The notes beneath the pieces are model-generated. The model was not told the DNA's origin. It ran no database searches and saw nothing but the letters and a program-made list of their open reading frames with translations. A program made the position numbers and the translations under genes. Below, piece by piece: positions 1 to 9,940 of a stretch of DNA of 64,000 nt. Within the stretch, counting starts at the first letter, position 1. Every line of letters starts with the position of its first letter. The stretch spans positions 1,315-65,314 of the forward strand of contig DGHT01000045.1 in the NCBI GenBank assembly GCA_002392765.1, in the 5' to 3' direction. The stretch is from Verrucomicrobia bacterium UBA3841. GTDB taxonomy: Bacteria > Verrucomicrobiota > Kiritimatiellia > RFP12 > UBA1067.

Positions 1-35
1 GCCTTTGGTCTCGGGGGATATGTTCCCCCAGTACA

Positions 36-61
36 CGGAGCGGGACGCTCCATCTCCTTGG
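36..61 (-). repeat. inverted copy of REP module H2 (CAAGGAGRTGGAGCGTCCCGCTCCG family)
   Basis: The reverse complement of 36..61 reads CCAAGGAGATGGAGCGTCCCGCTCCG. This matches the right half of the repeats at 14843, 18403 and 20202. It contains the hairpin GGAGCG-TCC-CGCTCC. Confidence 0.6.
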
Positions 62-210
62 TTGCAAACGGGCGAGACGCACGTTCTGTCCCGTTTTATG
101 ACAAGTTGACACTTTCTTTTTGAAGTCAAAGAAGGATAAGTCAAGGATATTTTCGAGGCTTCGGGCTTAGGTGCGGGTCTGAAGCAGCCACCGCTTGCGC
201 GCATTTCCCC

Positions 211-2310
211 TCAATCGCAGCGGGCGCAACCGCCGGCGGCGGCATCGCCGCCTTTCGCCCTGCGGGAAGCGTCGAAAGGAAGCCTCCAGGCGTTGTCGCG
301 GATGTCCCTGAGACAAGGCTTAAGCCCCGCGCCGTCGACAGGGGAAAGCTTCACGAGGTGCGTTGCATGGCCGGGGACCGAGGCGGAATACGATTCGACG
401 AACGTTCCATCGTCCCTCTGCCGCCAGAGATCGCGCACCTTCCACCTTCCGCGCATGCCGAGCTTCGCGAACGGAATCGAAAAGCCCTTCTCCTCCTCGT
501 CGGCATTCAGCATCGCGAAGGCGATGGAGCCGTCCGCAAGCGGACGCGCCCAGACCTCCGTCGACTCCTCTGCGTCTTCGAGGACGCGTGCCGCGGCCGC
601 GCCGAGCTCGTCCTGGTCGATCGCGAGCACCTCGTCGTTCGTAAGAAGCGACAGCGTGAACTCGTCGATCGTCGTCAGGTCGCACCCGATCATGAGCGGC
701 GAGGCGAACATGCACCACATCGACATGTGCGTGTACTGCTCGTTCGGCGTCAGGCGCGAGTCGTCCTGTCCGCCGCCCTTCCCGGCCCACACGTTGCGCC
801 CGAGAACGAGCATGTCCGCGTCGTTCCACGCTCCAGGGCCCGACCACGGCCAGAGCGCGGCCTGGGAGCGGATTCCGCCGTACACGCTCTGCCACGTGTC
901 GAAGATGTCGCCCGTCGTGCGCCAGGAATGTCCGCCCGCGAACGCACCCCACGTCTGCACGTCGTTCCATCCGTACTGGCACAGCGAGAACACTATGTCC
1001 CTCGGCTGCATCGCGAGGAAACGGCCCATCAGCAGGTACGGACGGCGAAACTTGTCGTCGCCCTCTCCGGTGGCGACCGAGCCATAGCTGCACCAGTCGT
1101 ACTTCAGGTAGTCGTATCCCCACGCCGCGTAGCTCTTCGCGTCCTGCAGCTCGTGCAGCCAGCTTCCCGTGCATCCGCCACAGGTGTACGGACCGGGCGA
1201 GGAATAGAGCCCCGCCTTGAGGCCCTTGGAGTGGATGTAGTCCGCGAGCGCCTTCATGTCGGGGAAGCGCGCGTTCGGCGCGATCGTCCCGTCCGCGTTG
1301 CGTTCAGGGCCCGCAAGCGTAGGATCGCTCTTTCCGTTCTGCGGATTCTTCTGCCAGAAGTCGTCGATGTTGACGTATGAGTATCCGTGCGCGTCGAGTC
1401 CAAGTTCGACGATCTTGTCCACCGCCGTGCGCATCTTCGCGTCGCTCACGCCTCCGGCGAAGGCGTTCCAGCTGTTCCATCCCATCGGCGGCGTAAGCGC
1501 GATCTTGTCGCCGACGACGAATGTCACCGTCTTGAACTCGACACGGCCCGCAACCGTGTTCTGTGCCGAAAACACTACGGGGTATTCGCCCGGCTTCGCG
1601 ATGGAGCCGGAGAGGATTCTCGTAGCAGGGTCGAACGAAAGCCCGCCAGGCAGCCCCTTTGCGGACACCTTGATCGGCTCAAGCCCAGTCACGGGCAGTT
1701 TGAAGAGAATGGGGCGCCCAGGCCTTACGCCATAGCGCGCAGGCGCGTTGATGCGCGGCGACGGCGATGCCTTCGGCGTGAGGATCCCGAGCTGCCGCGT
1801 CATCTCCGCCGCGGAAAGCGGCTTCGTGCCGTCCTTGAAGACGAACTTGGCGTCGCACCAGTCGGCGTGGTCGAAGTGCATTCCGTCGCCTCCGTCCGTC
1901 ACTTCAAGGACGATCCTCTTCGCGCCTGCAAGGTCGGCCGAGATCCGCTTCGCGGCTTCGCCGCCCTTCGCCGCGACCTCGGCTATGACCTTTCCGTCGG
2001 CGATGACGCGGAAGACTACGCTGCCCTTCCCGCCGCACTCGTCGTCTACTCCGACAAGCGCGGAGAACGACAGCGCGTTGCCGTTCGCAGCAACGCGGTG
2101 CGTGCTCGGCGCGTGCGTGCCGACGCCGCGGCGGTACTCCACTCCGCCGACCCTGAGCGCATTTCCGTCGACGGACTTCCCGGCCTTCGCCGAGCCGAAC
2201 CCGGAGCGCATCCTCACAAGCCCCGTATCCTCAATCGGAACGGACGAAACGCCAAGCGCGGCGAGAGTCGCAAAGGCAGCGCATGCGAACAGGACAGGAC
2301 GGAGTGTCAT
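211..2310 (-). CDS. secreted alpha-galactosidase (GH27 catalytic domain with N-terminal NPCBM-like module)
   Basis: 699-aa ORF with a signal-peptide-like N-terminus (MTLRPVLFACAAFATLAALG). NPCBM-like GVEYRRGVGTHAPS is present. GH27 hallmarks are PPMGWNSWNAF and YDYLKYDWC. Confidence 0.85.
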   Translation of the reverse strand: MTLRPVLFACAAFATLAALGVSSVPIEDTGLVRMRSGFGSAKAGKSVDGNALRVGGVEYRRGVGTHAPSTHRVAANGNALSFSALVGVDDECGGKGSVVFRVIADGKVIAEVAAKGGEAAKRISADLAGAKRIVLEVTDGGDGMHFDHADWCDAKFVFKDGTKPLSAAEMTRQLGILTPKASPSPRINAPARYGVRPGRPILFKLPVTGLEPIKVSAKGLPGGLSFDPATRILSGSIAKPGEYPVVFSAQNTVAGRVEFKTVTFVVGDKIALTPPMGWNSWNAFAGGVSDAKMRTAVDKIVELGLDAHGYSYVNIDDFWQKNPQNGKSDPTLAGPERNADGTIAPNARFPDMKALADYIHSKGLKAGLYSSPGPYTCGGCTGSWLHELQDAKSYAAWGYDYLKYDWCSYGSVATGEGDDKFRRPYLLMGRFLAMQPRDIVFSLCQYGWNDVQTWGAFAGGHSWRTTGDIFDTWQSVYGGIRSQAALWPWSGPGAWNDADMLVLGRNVWAGKGGGQDDSRLTPNEQYTHMSMWCMFASPLMIGCDLTTIDEFTLSLLTNDEVLAIDQDELGAAAARVLEDAEESTEVWARPLADGSIAFAMLNADEEEKGFSIPFAKLGMRGRWKVRDLWRQRDDGTFVESYSASVPGHATHLVKLSPVDGAGLKPCLRDIRDNAWRLPFDASRRAKGGDAAAGGCARCD

Positions 2311-2323
2311 TCTGGAATTCTCC

Positions 2324-3997
2324 TTATCTAAAAAAGATTGACAAGCCAGGCGCGGCAGGCGTTCCTGTCGGCGTTATGGAGACAGTATACGCCAATCCGC
2401 CATTGCCGTCAACAGAGGCGACGCGGTAGATGTAGCCAACTTTGGTCGGCCTTTCGGGACTGTCCGCATAAGTCGCGTCCGTGATTCCGCTCCTGGCGAC
2501 AGTCCATGTCGCGCCGCCGTCGGAGCTGCGCTCCACCCGGTAGCTCGCCGCATTCGGACTTGCAGTCCAGGTGATGACGGCCCTCGTGCCGCGCCACTCG
2601 GCGGCTAGGTCTTCAGGAGCAAGAAGGACGCTTTGCGATGACGCAAGAGTATATCCGTAGAGCGCGAGTTCAGCCACATTTCCGTAGAAGTCTCCATCGT
2701 TTGGCTTCATGACGTAGACATAGCGGTATGCAGCCTTGTCCGTGGTTTCAAACGTATACCACTGTGCCGCCGTAATCCCGCACGAAGCGGAAATTGCAGT
2801 TCCGTTCATCCAGTCGCCTGAATCGTTCGATGCACCGAGAACGACGCCGTTCAGCCTGTACAGGTAGCTGTCGGAGCGCGGATAGATTTTGAATGAGTCA
2901 ATGACATATGCGGATCCGAGGTCGACGCCGATTTTAATATTCACCTTGTCAGTCTCCTCGGCGTTCAAATCTGCGAATGTCGCGATATCTCCATCGAAAG
3001 CGCGCGCTCCAGTTGTATCAAGATTCCAGTTGTAACCTATCACCGACATCCCGGCCTTTAGCTGCGTGTCGGAAAGAGACGTGCGTTCAAGCTGCTCTAC
3101 GCGACGGAATGATGCACTTGCAGACAATTCTGATTTATATTCCGTTTCTCCAACGGTGTTTAAGAAATAGGCCCTGTAGTAGTACTTGACCCCTACGGAA
3201 AGTCCGGAAATGGCATCCTCACAGGAAATGGTCGTAGCTGCAAGCGTCGCGACAGTTGTCGTGAACGGTCCGCCGGGAGCCGTTGCGCGGACGACACGCA
3301 CGCTCTGGCAGGAAAACGACGGCAAATCCCAGGAAAGCGTCACATTGGCGTCACCACCAACGGCGGTGAGGTTCTGCGGCGCAGAAGCGGGTGTTCCGCT
3401 TGTCGCATCCGCCCAAGTCTTTCCGTAGAACTCGACTTCGATGAAATTGCCGCAGAATTCGTCATCCGCGACAACGCGCAGATATGTGAACGGCGAACTC
3501 TGCGCCGCACCTGCAACATCCACCTCCACCCATCCGGCCTTGAGCGTTTCGATGTCCGCATCTGCGGGAACGGTGTAAAGCGCCACGGCATCGGAGAAGT
3601 CCGCCGTGTTCGCACCCTCGAACCTGCATCCCCTTGCGCGCTCGGCCCATTCGTCGTTGCGCGTGATGAAACTGACGTGCGTCACCACGACCGGCTCTGT
3701 TGTCTGATAACCGGCCCAGTTGCATTCGCTGTCACCATGCACCCATCCCGGCTCGAACCAGCGATAAACGACTTTTTCGCCGTCCTGAAGTTCGGTGACG
3801 CCGTCGTAGATGCGTTCCTTGGTCCACTCCCATTCGCTGTCCGAGTAGTCGCCCGTTCCGAGAACGAATTTCCCGTCGGTCTCTGCGGCAAGCGTCTTCA
3901 AGTTGACGCCGGCGATGCCGTCCGTCGTGTGCGTGTATGTTCCCGCCCATGCGCAGGACGCGACAAGAGCGGCAACGGCGAAGATCGATTTTTTCAT
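2324..3997 (-). CDS. secreted glycan-binding protein with discoidin/F5-8 type C-like and FN3-like modules
   Basis: 557-aa ORF with signal peptide MKKSIFAVAALVASCAWA. There are two FN3-like segments (PQNLTAVGGDANVTLSWD; APEDLAAEWRGTRAVITWTASPNAASYRVERSSDGGATW). It lies 13 nt upstream of the alpha-galactosidase gene on the same strand. Confidence 0.55.
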   Translation of the reverse strand: MKKSIFAVAALVASCAWAGTYTHTTDGIAGVNLKTLAAETDGKFVLGTGDYSDSEWEWTKERIYDGVTELQDGEKVVYRWFEPGWVHGDSECNWAGYQTTEPVVVTHVSFITRNDEWAERARGCRFEGANTADFSDAVALYTVPADADIETLKAGWVEVDVAGAAQSSPFTYLRVVADDEFCGNFIEVEFYGKTWADATSGTPASAPQNLTAVGGDANVTLSWDLPSFSCQSVRVVRATAPGGPFTTTVATLAATTISCEDAISGLSVGVKYYYRAYFLNTVGETEYKSELSASASFRRVEQLERTSLSDTQLKAGMSVIGYNWNLDTTGARAFDGDIATFADLNAEETDKVNIKIGVDLGSAYVIDSFKIYPRSDSYLYRLNGVVLGASNDSGDWMNGTAISASCGITAAQWYTFETTDKAAYRYVYVMKPNDGDFYGNVAELALYGYTLASSQSVLLAPEDLAAEWRGTRAVITWTASPNAASYRVERSSDGGATWTVARSGITDATYADSPERPTKVGYIYRVASVDGNGGLAYTVSITPTGTPAAPGLSIFFR

Positions 3998-4065
3998 GTG
4001 CGAACTCCTTTTGTCTGGGAATGTTTACGCACATATTCTATCACTGTCCGATTTCCCGCGCAAGA

Positions 4066-4078
4066 TTGTCTAGACAGG
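4066..4078. promoter_or_regulatory. candidate operator TTGTCTAGACAGG (perfect palindrome TGTCTAGACA)
   Basis: The same 13-mer recurs at 8765..8777. This copy sits about 70 nt upstream of the 2324..3997 start codon. The GT-N4-AC core fits the general GntR-family operator pattern. Confidence 0.35.
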
Positions 4079-4098
4079 AAATTTCACAGCGGCGGAAA

Positions 4099-7000
4099 TC
4101 AATAGCGCTGCAGGAGCTCCAGCATTTTGCGATCGAGCTTGTGGCCGTTGAAATCCTCGTAGGCGACATCCGTCCGCCCGGAGTCGAGAACGCCGAAAGA
4201 TCCGCGCAGTTCCCACAGCGCCCACCCGATGTCGCGCTCTTTCCAGACGGAAAGCGCATCCTCCATGAACTTCAGCGCGGTCGCGTGCGGAGTCGCGCGC
4301 CATACGCCGAACTCGCCGATGTACGCGAACACGCCTTTTCCGATCGTATCATCCCACTGCGCGAGAGCCGTCCGGTAGTAGTATTCCCTTCCGTCGTCCG
4401 GATACGTCCTCGGCCCGCCATCCGACGCAAGAGGCCATTTCGGGGATTCGACCGGCATGTCGAGCCAAGGCGCCTTGTAGTGTGTGACGCTCAAGGGGTC
4501 GTATCCGCGCATTCCCGCGCCGACGCCCCCGATGCCGTAGACTGCGGGAGTAGGGATGCGTCCGTAGTCCATGCCGTCGGAAACGACGAACCGCTCCGGG
4601 TCCGCGGATCTTATAGCGCCGATCAGCGCCTTCGCCACGGGCAGGTATTTGTCCTCGCCGACGTTTTTCGGTTCGTTGACGATGTTGAACGTAAGCTCGC
4701 TGTTGGGAATCCCCTTGTAGCGTTTCGCCAGCGTATTCCAGTGGAGACACGCGACGCGCAGCGACTCCGGATCTGAAAATACGTCCGTCGGTTCCTGCGG
4801 CGTTCCGGCGGAATATCCCGGGAGCCGGTGGAGACATATCTGCACGTGAAGCCCGTATTTCCTGCCAAGCGCGACGGCAGCATCGATCTTCCCGAGTCCC
4901 CGTTCGTCGATGACATCCCAGTTCCTCCTGTCGCCGCCCTTTATCCAGTACCGGTAGTCGAGAGGGAGACGGACGAAATTGAAGCCCCAGCCGGAGATCG
5001 TTTTGAAATCCTCTTCCTTGAACCCTTCCGCATCTGGATTCCAATCGAGATTCAGCATTTCGGTGAGGTTGAATCCGCGCCAGCGGACGCCCGGACGACC
5101 GTCCGCGACTTCGCCGCCGAGCTTCACCGCGGCCGGCGCCGGCTTTGCGGCGAGATCGGCAAGAGAGACGACCGTCAGGCGCTTTTGGAATTCTTCGAAC
5201 GAAACGGGTTCTTTCGCCTCGAACACGAGTGTGCGCGGACGCCCCGGCAGAAGCGTGAGACAGTTGTCCGTAAACTCTCCGCGCGTTCCCCTGACGTTCG
5301 CCCAGACGAAAAACGCCGGCTTGTCGGCGGACAGCGTAAGTTCATACTTCCCGCCGTCCGCCATGCGCACGGACTTCCCGATCTTCGCCTGCCCGAGCGG
5401 CATGTCCCTGTACTTGCCGAAGTGCCAGTCGTTCACGAACGTCCCCTCGGCGGTCTCGAGCGACATGCAGAGGAATGCCGGCGTTCCGTCCGTTTGCGGC
5501 GCGGAGAAGCTGCCGACGGCCGCGACGCCGTCCGGCGGGACCTCGACGTTTTTCGTTTCGGACGACACTACCCTTCCGTCGTACCCCGTGTATTCGACGG
5601 TCAGTTTTCCGCGCAAGGGCGCGTCCGTATCGTTGAGCGCGAATATCCTGCCGCGCGAAAGGTCCGTCCTGCCGTTCGAAGTCTCCGGCAGCGCGACGAC
5701 GGCAACGGGCGCGAAGAAGCGTCTTGCCAGATGCTGGACCGGTTTCCACTTGCCGCCGTATTCTATCGAGCTCCAGGACGCGACGGGCCAGTTGTCGTTC
5801 AACTGCCAGAAAAGCGTGCCCATGCAGCGCGGACGCTGCGCGCGCCACCCCTCGCACGCCATCTTCATCGCCATGCCGTGCTGGAACTGCGACAGGAGAA
5901 GTTCCGATTCGACGTCTTTCGGCCGCTTGAAGTAGCGCTCCATCGTCTCGCGTATCCTGCGGTTTCCGCCCTGGTTCTTCTGGTGCCACTCGAAATCGGC
6001 GCCGTGCGACTCTATCGAGGCGCGGTCCGCGAACGTCTCGGCGATTTCCATCGACGGGAAGCTCTGGTAGCCGAACTCGCTGCAGAAGCGCGGCCGGAAG
6101 TTGTAGTAGTCGTCGAACGGCTTGTTCTCGTGCCAGACGTTCCAGTTGTGCATGTCGCCCTTGGAGTCGTCCTTCCAGGCGTTGCCGAAATCCCCGGGGC
6201 CGCAGCACGGCGAACTCGGCCAGTAGACGCGCGCGGGATCGTACTTTGCGACAAGTTCCCCCTGGAGTTTCGAGCGCTTCATCCACTCGCCGCGGTAGAA
6301 GCCGACGTCGTTCTTCGTCTCGTCGAACCATCTGATGGCGCCCAGGCATTCGTTGTCGCCGCACCACAGCGCGATGCAGGCATGGTCCTTCAGGCGGCGC
6401 AGCTGGTGCGAAAGCTCCTGTTCTATATCGCGCTTCATGATGTCGTCGCAGGGATACACGGCGCACGAAAACATCATGTCGTGCCACAGGAGGATGCCGA
6501 GTTCGTCGCAGATGTCGTAGAACTCGTCGCGCTCGTACTGTCCGCCGCCCCAGACGCGCAGCATGTTCATGTTCGCCTTCGCCGCACTTTCCAGGAGGTC
6601 GCGGTAGCGCTCCTCCGTCTGGCGGCTTTCGTAGGCGTCGCACGGAATCCAGTTGGCGCCCTTCATGAACAGCCGGCGGTTGTTGACGCGGAACACGAGC
6701 GAGAGCTCGTCCTTGCCGTCTTTCGACACGCTCTTCTCGTTCAGGACCTCGAGCTTCCTGAGCCCGATCCTGCGCGTCACCTTTTCGCCGAGGACGTCCA
6801 CGGTGAAAGTGTAGAACTTCCGCTCTCCTGCGCCGTTGGGCCACCAAAGCGGCGGATTGTCGATTTCAATCCTGTTCGTCACGACGGAGCCGTCGCTCAG
6901 GTCGGCGAACACGTCGAGCGTGCAGTGCGAAAGATCGTCCGAGAACGTCTGCCGCGTGTGGACGTAGTCGATGCGCGGACGGTCCGAGCCGACTATCTCG

Positions 7001-7605
7001 ACCTTTCCGCAGAATCCTACGACCTCGAGTTCCGGCCCCCAGTCCCAGCCGCCGTGGCAGGCGGGCTTGCGGATGTGCGCCTGGTTCTTCGCCCACGGCA
7101 CGTTCGACATCGGGTAGGGGCGCCCGCGCAGGGCCGCGATCGAGTCCGCTTCGGCGACGGGGCTCTTGAAGCGGCCGGCTATCGTATTTCTCCCCTCGCG
7201 GAGGAAAGGTTTCAAATCGAACGTGTAGCGCTGGAAACGGTCCGATGTACGTCCGACGCAGCTTCCGTTCACGCTTATGTCGCAGAAGGTATCGCAGTCT
7301 TCGAGGCGCAGCACGATTTCGCGCTGCGACAGCAGATCCGCAGACACGTCGAAATCGCGCGAGACCGTCCAGTCGCGTCTCGCCACCCATAGCGTCTTCT
7401 CCTCGTTGCGCCCGTAGAACACATCCGGCATCAGCCCCTGCGAGAGCAGCGCGGAGTGGACGTCCCCTGGAACAGGAATTGCGCATTCTATCGCCCCCCC
7501 GTCGGGATTGCGTCCGGAGAGCCTCCATTCTCCGGACAGATCAAGACTTGCGGCCGCGAGCGCGGACGACGCCGCGCACGCGATGGACATCAACTTGAAT
7601 TTCAT
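4099..7605 (-). CDS. beta-mannosidase (GH2) fused to a C-terminal GH5 (cellulase-family) domain
   Basis: 1168-aa ORF with a signal peptide (MKFKLMSIACAASSALAAAS). The GH2 beta-mannosidase-like body includes PLWWPNGAGERKFYTF, LWHDMMF and GDMHNWNVWH. The C-terminal third is GH5-like (GFNFVRLPLDYRYW, FNIVNEP). Confidence 0.8.
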   Translation of the reverse strand: MKFKLMSIACAASSALAAASLDLSGEWRLSGRNPDGGAIECAIPVPGDVHSALLSQGLMPDVFYGRNEEKTLWVARRDWTVSRDFDVSADLLSQREIVLRLEDCDTFCDISVNGSCVGRTSDRFQRYTFDLKPFLREGRNTIAGRFKSPVAEADSIAALRGRPYPMSNVPWAKNQAHIRKPACHGGWDWGPELEVVGFCGKVEIVGSDRPRIDYVHTRQTFSDDLSHCTLDVFADLSDGSVVTNRIEIDNPPLWWPNGAGERKFYTFTVDVLGEKVTRRIGLRKLEVLNEKSVSKDGKDELSLVFRVNNRRLFMKGANWIPCDAYESRQTEERYRDLLESAAKANMNMLRVWGGGQYERDEFYDICDELGILLWHDMMFSCAVYPCDDIMKRDIEQELSHQLRRLKDHACIALWCGDNECLGAIRWFDETKNDVGFYRGEWMKRSKLQGELVAKYDPARVYWPSSPCCGPGDFGNAWKDDSKGDMHNWNVWHENKPFDDYYNFRPRFCSEFGYQSFPSMEIAETFADRASIESHGADFEWHQKNQGGNRRIRETMERYFKRPKDVESELLLSQFQHGMAMKMACEGWRAQRPRCMGTLFWQLNDNWPVASWSSIEYGGKWKPVQHLARRFFAPVAVVALPETSNGRTDLSRGRIFALNDTDAPLRGKLTVEYTGYDGRVVSSETKNVEVPPDGVAAVGSFSAPQTDGTPAFLCMSLETAEGTFVNDWHFGKYRDMPLGQAKIGKSVRMADGGKYELTLSADKPAFFVWANVRGTRGEFTDNCLTLLPGRPRTLVFEAKEPVSFEEFQKRLTVVSLADLAAKPAPAAVKLGGEVADGRPGVRWRGFNLTEMLNLDWNPDAEGFKEEDFKTISGWGFNFVRLPLDYRYWIKGGDRRNWDVIDERGLGKIDAAVALGRKYGLHVQICLHRLPGYSAGTPQEPTDVFSDPESLRVACLHWNTLAKRYKGIPNSELTFNIVNEPKNVGEDKYLPVAKALIGAIRSADPERFVVSDGMDYGRIPTPAVYGIGGVGAGMRGYDPLSVTHYKAPWLDMPVESPKWPLASDGGPRTYPDDGREYYYRTALAQWDDTIGKGVFAYIGEFGVWRATPHATALKFMEDALSVWKERDIGWALWELRGSFGVLDSGRTDVAYEDFNGHKLDRKMLELLQRY

Positions 7606-8734
7606 TTTTCCTGCCTTTCCTTGATTTAGAAATCCTGGCGTTCACGCACGTCGAGGCGCGCTCGACAAGTTCCGCCGTCAGAAGCGTTTCGCGCGGAGCC
7701 ATGCGGCGGTTCGCAAGCCTCTGCAGCATGATCTCCACCGCGGTCTGTCCGATTTCCCGGCACGGCTGGACCATGGTGGTCAGACCCGGATCCGCTTTCT
7801 CCGCGCACTCGTCGCCGTTGATGCCTGCGAGCATGACGTCGCCGGGGACGTCTATTCCCATCGACTTCAGCGATTCGAGCAGACGCGCGGCGACGTAGTC
7901 GTTGACGGCCACGACCGCGTCTGGCCGGTCCGCGCCCCTGAACATGCGCCCGAGAAACCTCGTGTCGGACGGGTCGCCTATCACGATGCTGCCGCGGTTC
8001 CAGGCAAGGCCGGCCTCGGTCGCCGCAAAGCCGACGCCGCTGCCGCGCCGGAGCGAACTGGGCGCCGCGAGCCTGTTCGAGAAATACACGATCCGTTCGG
8101 CACCTTTCGAAATCAGATGGCCGGCGAGCCGGTATCCGGCGTTTGTGTTGTCGATGCTGACAATGTCGTATCCGCTTCTCGCCGGCGGAGTCGCGAAATC
8201 GCTGTCCAGCAGAACGACGGGTATGTCCGCGCCCGCGAACACGGACATGAGCGACCTGTTGAACTCCTCGGCCCTGTCGAGAAGCTGCACCGGCTGCAGA
8301 AACACCCCGCTCACTTTCTGCGACTTGCACACTTCCGCGAATTCGACCGCCTTTATGGCGCGCTCGTGCATTTCCCCCGAACCGAGCGCCGCCGCGAGCG
8401 TCGTATAGCCGTGCTTCTTCGCGCGGGATTCGATGCCGTCGCATATCCTCGCGTAGAAAGGATAGTATGCGTCAGGCACTATGACGCCGAAGCACTGCGT
8501 GGCAAGACGCGAAGCGCGGTCGGAAAGGAACGTGCCGTATCCGGGCCGGGTGTCCACAAGCTCCCTTTTCGTCAGTTCCCTGATGGCGCCGCGCACCGTT
8601 TCGCGCGCTGCGGAAAAACGGCGCATCAGCTGATGCTCGCTGGGGAGTTTCCGCGCCTCGTCGAACTTTCCGTCGACGATCTCCTGTCTGAGAATCTCGC
8701 TTATGCTCTTGCGTTTTGTTTTCATCTCATACAA
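7541..8734 (-). CDS. GntR-type HTH / LacI-type periplasmic-binding-fold sugar-responsive transcriptional regulator
   Basis: 397-aa ORF. The N-terminus is a GntR HTH (LPSEHQLMRRFSAARETVRGAIRELTKRELV). The remainder is a PBP type I sugar-binding fold (VVLLDSD, AVVAVNDYVAARLLESL). The 3' end overlaps the mannosidase start by about 65 nt. Confidence 0.8.
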   Translation of the reverse strand: MYEMKTKRKSISEILRQEIVDGKFDEARKLPSEHQLMRRFSAARETVRGAIRELTKRELVDTRPGYGTFLSDRASRLATQCFGVIVPDAYYPFYARICDGIESRAKKHGYTTLAAALGSGEMHERAIKAVEFAEVCKSQKVSGVFLQPVQLLDRAEEFNRSLMSVFAGADIPVVLLDSDFATPPARSGYDIVSIDNTNAGYRLAGHLISKGAERIVYFSNRLAAPSSLRRGSGVGFAATEAGLAWNRGSIVIGDPSDTRFLGRMFRGADRPDAVVAVNDYVAARLLESLKSMGIDVPGDVMLAGINGDECAEKADPGLTTMVQPCREIGQTAVEIMLQRLANRRMAPRETLLTAELVERASTCVNARISKSRKGRKNEIQVDVHRVRGVVRARGRKS

Positions 8735-8764
8735 TTATAACAGGAACGTCGCATACCGTCAACC

Positions 8765-8777
8765 TTGTCTAGACAGG
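8765..8777. promoter_or_regulatory. candidate operator TTGTCTAGACAGG (second copy)
   Basis: Identical 13-mer to 4066..4078. It lies about 30 nt upstream of the regulator start codon (8734), in the divergent intergenic region. Confidence 0.35.
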
Positions 8778-8884
8778 TTAATGCCCGGCGCAAGGTTTGC
8801 GCACTTGAACTCTGTCTTCTCGCCAACCATGTTTTCCCATTCTCTCTTCACCGCGAATCCGGAAAATATGATATAATCATTGTC

Positions 8885-9940
8885 ATGAAAATCTCGACTA
8901 TATTCGCGGCGGCGGCGTTTCTGGCCGTCTGCGCGCCCGCAGGCGCCTTTGCCGGCATGGAAAACCTGCACTTCGACCCGATGGCGGCGGCCGAGGGGAT
9001 TCCGCTGGCGATTGAGGCCTTGAAAATCATGGACAACGCATCCGCCAGAGAAGCGAAACACAGGCGCGAACTGGCCTCGAAGGGCATCGCCGAGGTGCCG
9101 ATGTCGAAAGCCGCGCTAAAATACACGATCGACACTCACGGCCTCGGAGACATGCTCTTCGACGACTGGGGCGAACTGTACATCGACAGGCGCTTCGTGA
9201 CGGACGCCGAACTCGAACGGATAAAGGTGATCGAAAAATTCGTATGGGACCATTTAATAGGTCCGATGCGCCAGGCCGGCGTCATTCCCGCACAGCGCAA
9301 GCCCGGCCCCGCGAAGAAGAACGTCCCTCCGGCGGTTGCTTCCGGCGCAAAGGCGGACAGATCCGTTTCTGGCGGCGCGGGCCTTCCCGTCTTCCGCGGG
9401 TTCGAGGATCCCCGCTACCAGGAGCACGATTCGCTCATAGCGTCGATGACCGCCGATTTCAACCGCGACAAAAAGGGTTGGTGCGGAGGGAGCGCCGCAC
9501 AGGCCGCGAAAATCCCCGACCTTGCGCCAGCGCAGGTAAAATCCCACATGATCGAGGAATCGGGGGGAAACGGCAAAAGAAGTCTCGCGGCGTGGAAGGT
9601 CGATCCGCTGCAGGTGAACGTTCCCGGCGACTGGGGCAGAGAGAAGGAGCTTGTCGGCCTGACAAAACCTGCAAAAAGGAACGAGGGCGACGTGCGCAAC
9701 AACGTCAAAGCCGCCATAATGTATCTTTCGAGAAAAGGATTCGGCGCCTCGGCAAGACCCGCGGAGGAACGGCCATCCGGATTCTTCGACGGCTGGAAGA
9801 GGGCCCTGCAGCGCTACAACGGACGGCGCGACAGGACCGATACCGACCGCTGGTACAGCGACGAGTACGCCGACAAGATATTGAAGCGCGCCGAAAACCC
9901 GGACATTTTCGTTCCGATCGAAATCAAACTGAAAAAATGA
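8885..9940 (+). CDS. secreted lytic-transglycosylase (SLT)-like domain protein
   Basis: I place the start at MKISTIFAAAAFLAVCAPAGAFA (a signal peptide), inside the longer track ORF 8765..9940. The SLT-like motif series is HMIEESGGN, DPLQVNV, AAIMYLSRKG and ALQRYNG. Confidence 0.5.
   Translation: MKISTIFAAAAFLAVCAPAGAFAGMENLHFDPMAAAEGIPLAIEALKIMDNASAREAKHRRELASKGIAEVPMSKAALKYTIDTHGLGDMLFDDWGELYIDRRFVTDAELERIKVIEKFVWDHLIGPMRQAGVIPAQRKPGPAKKNVPPAVASGAKADRSVSGGAGLPVFRGFEDPRYQEHDSLIASMTADFNRDKKGWCGGSAAQAAKIPDLAPAQVKSHMIEESGGNGKRSLAAWKVDPLQVNVPGDWGREKELVGLTKPAKRNEGDVRNNVKAAIMYLSRKGFGASARPAEERPSGFFDGWKRALQRYNGRRDRTDTDRWYSDEYADKILKRAENPDIFVPIEIKLKK

Noticed and set aside
4828-7392. Very long plus-strand ORFs antisense to well-supported genes. 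Examples are the 854-aa ORF here, 45282..47837 (851 aa), 47708..49414, 5342..6847, 60530..62146, 58170..59624 and 21205..22665.
   Set aside because: They are Arg/Ala/Pro/Gly-rich with no motifs. They lie exactly opposite genes with clear family signatures. These are typical stop-codon-poor shadow frames of high-GC DNA.
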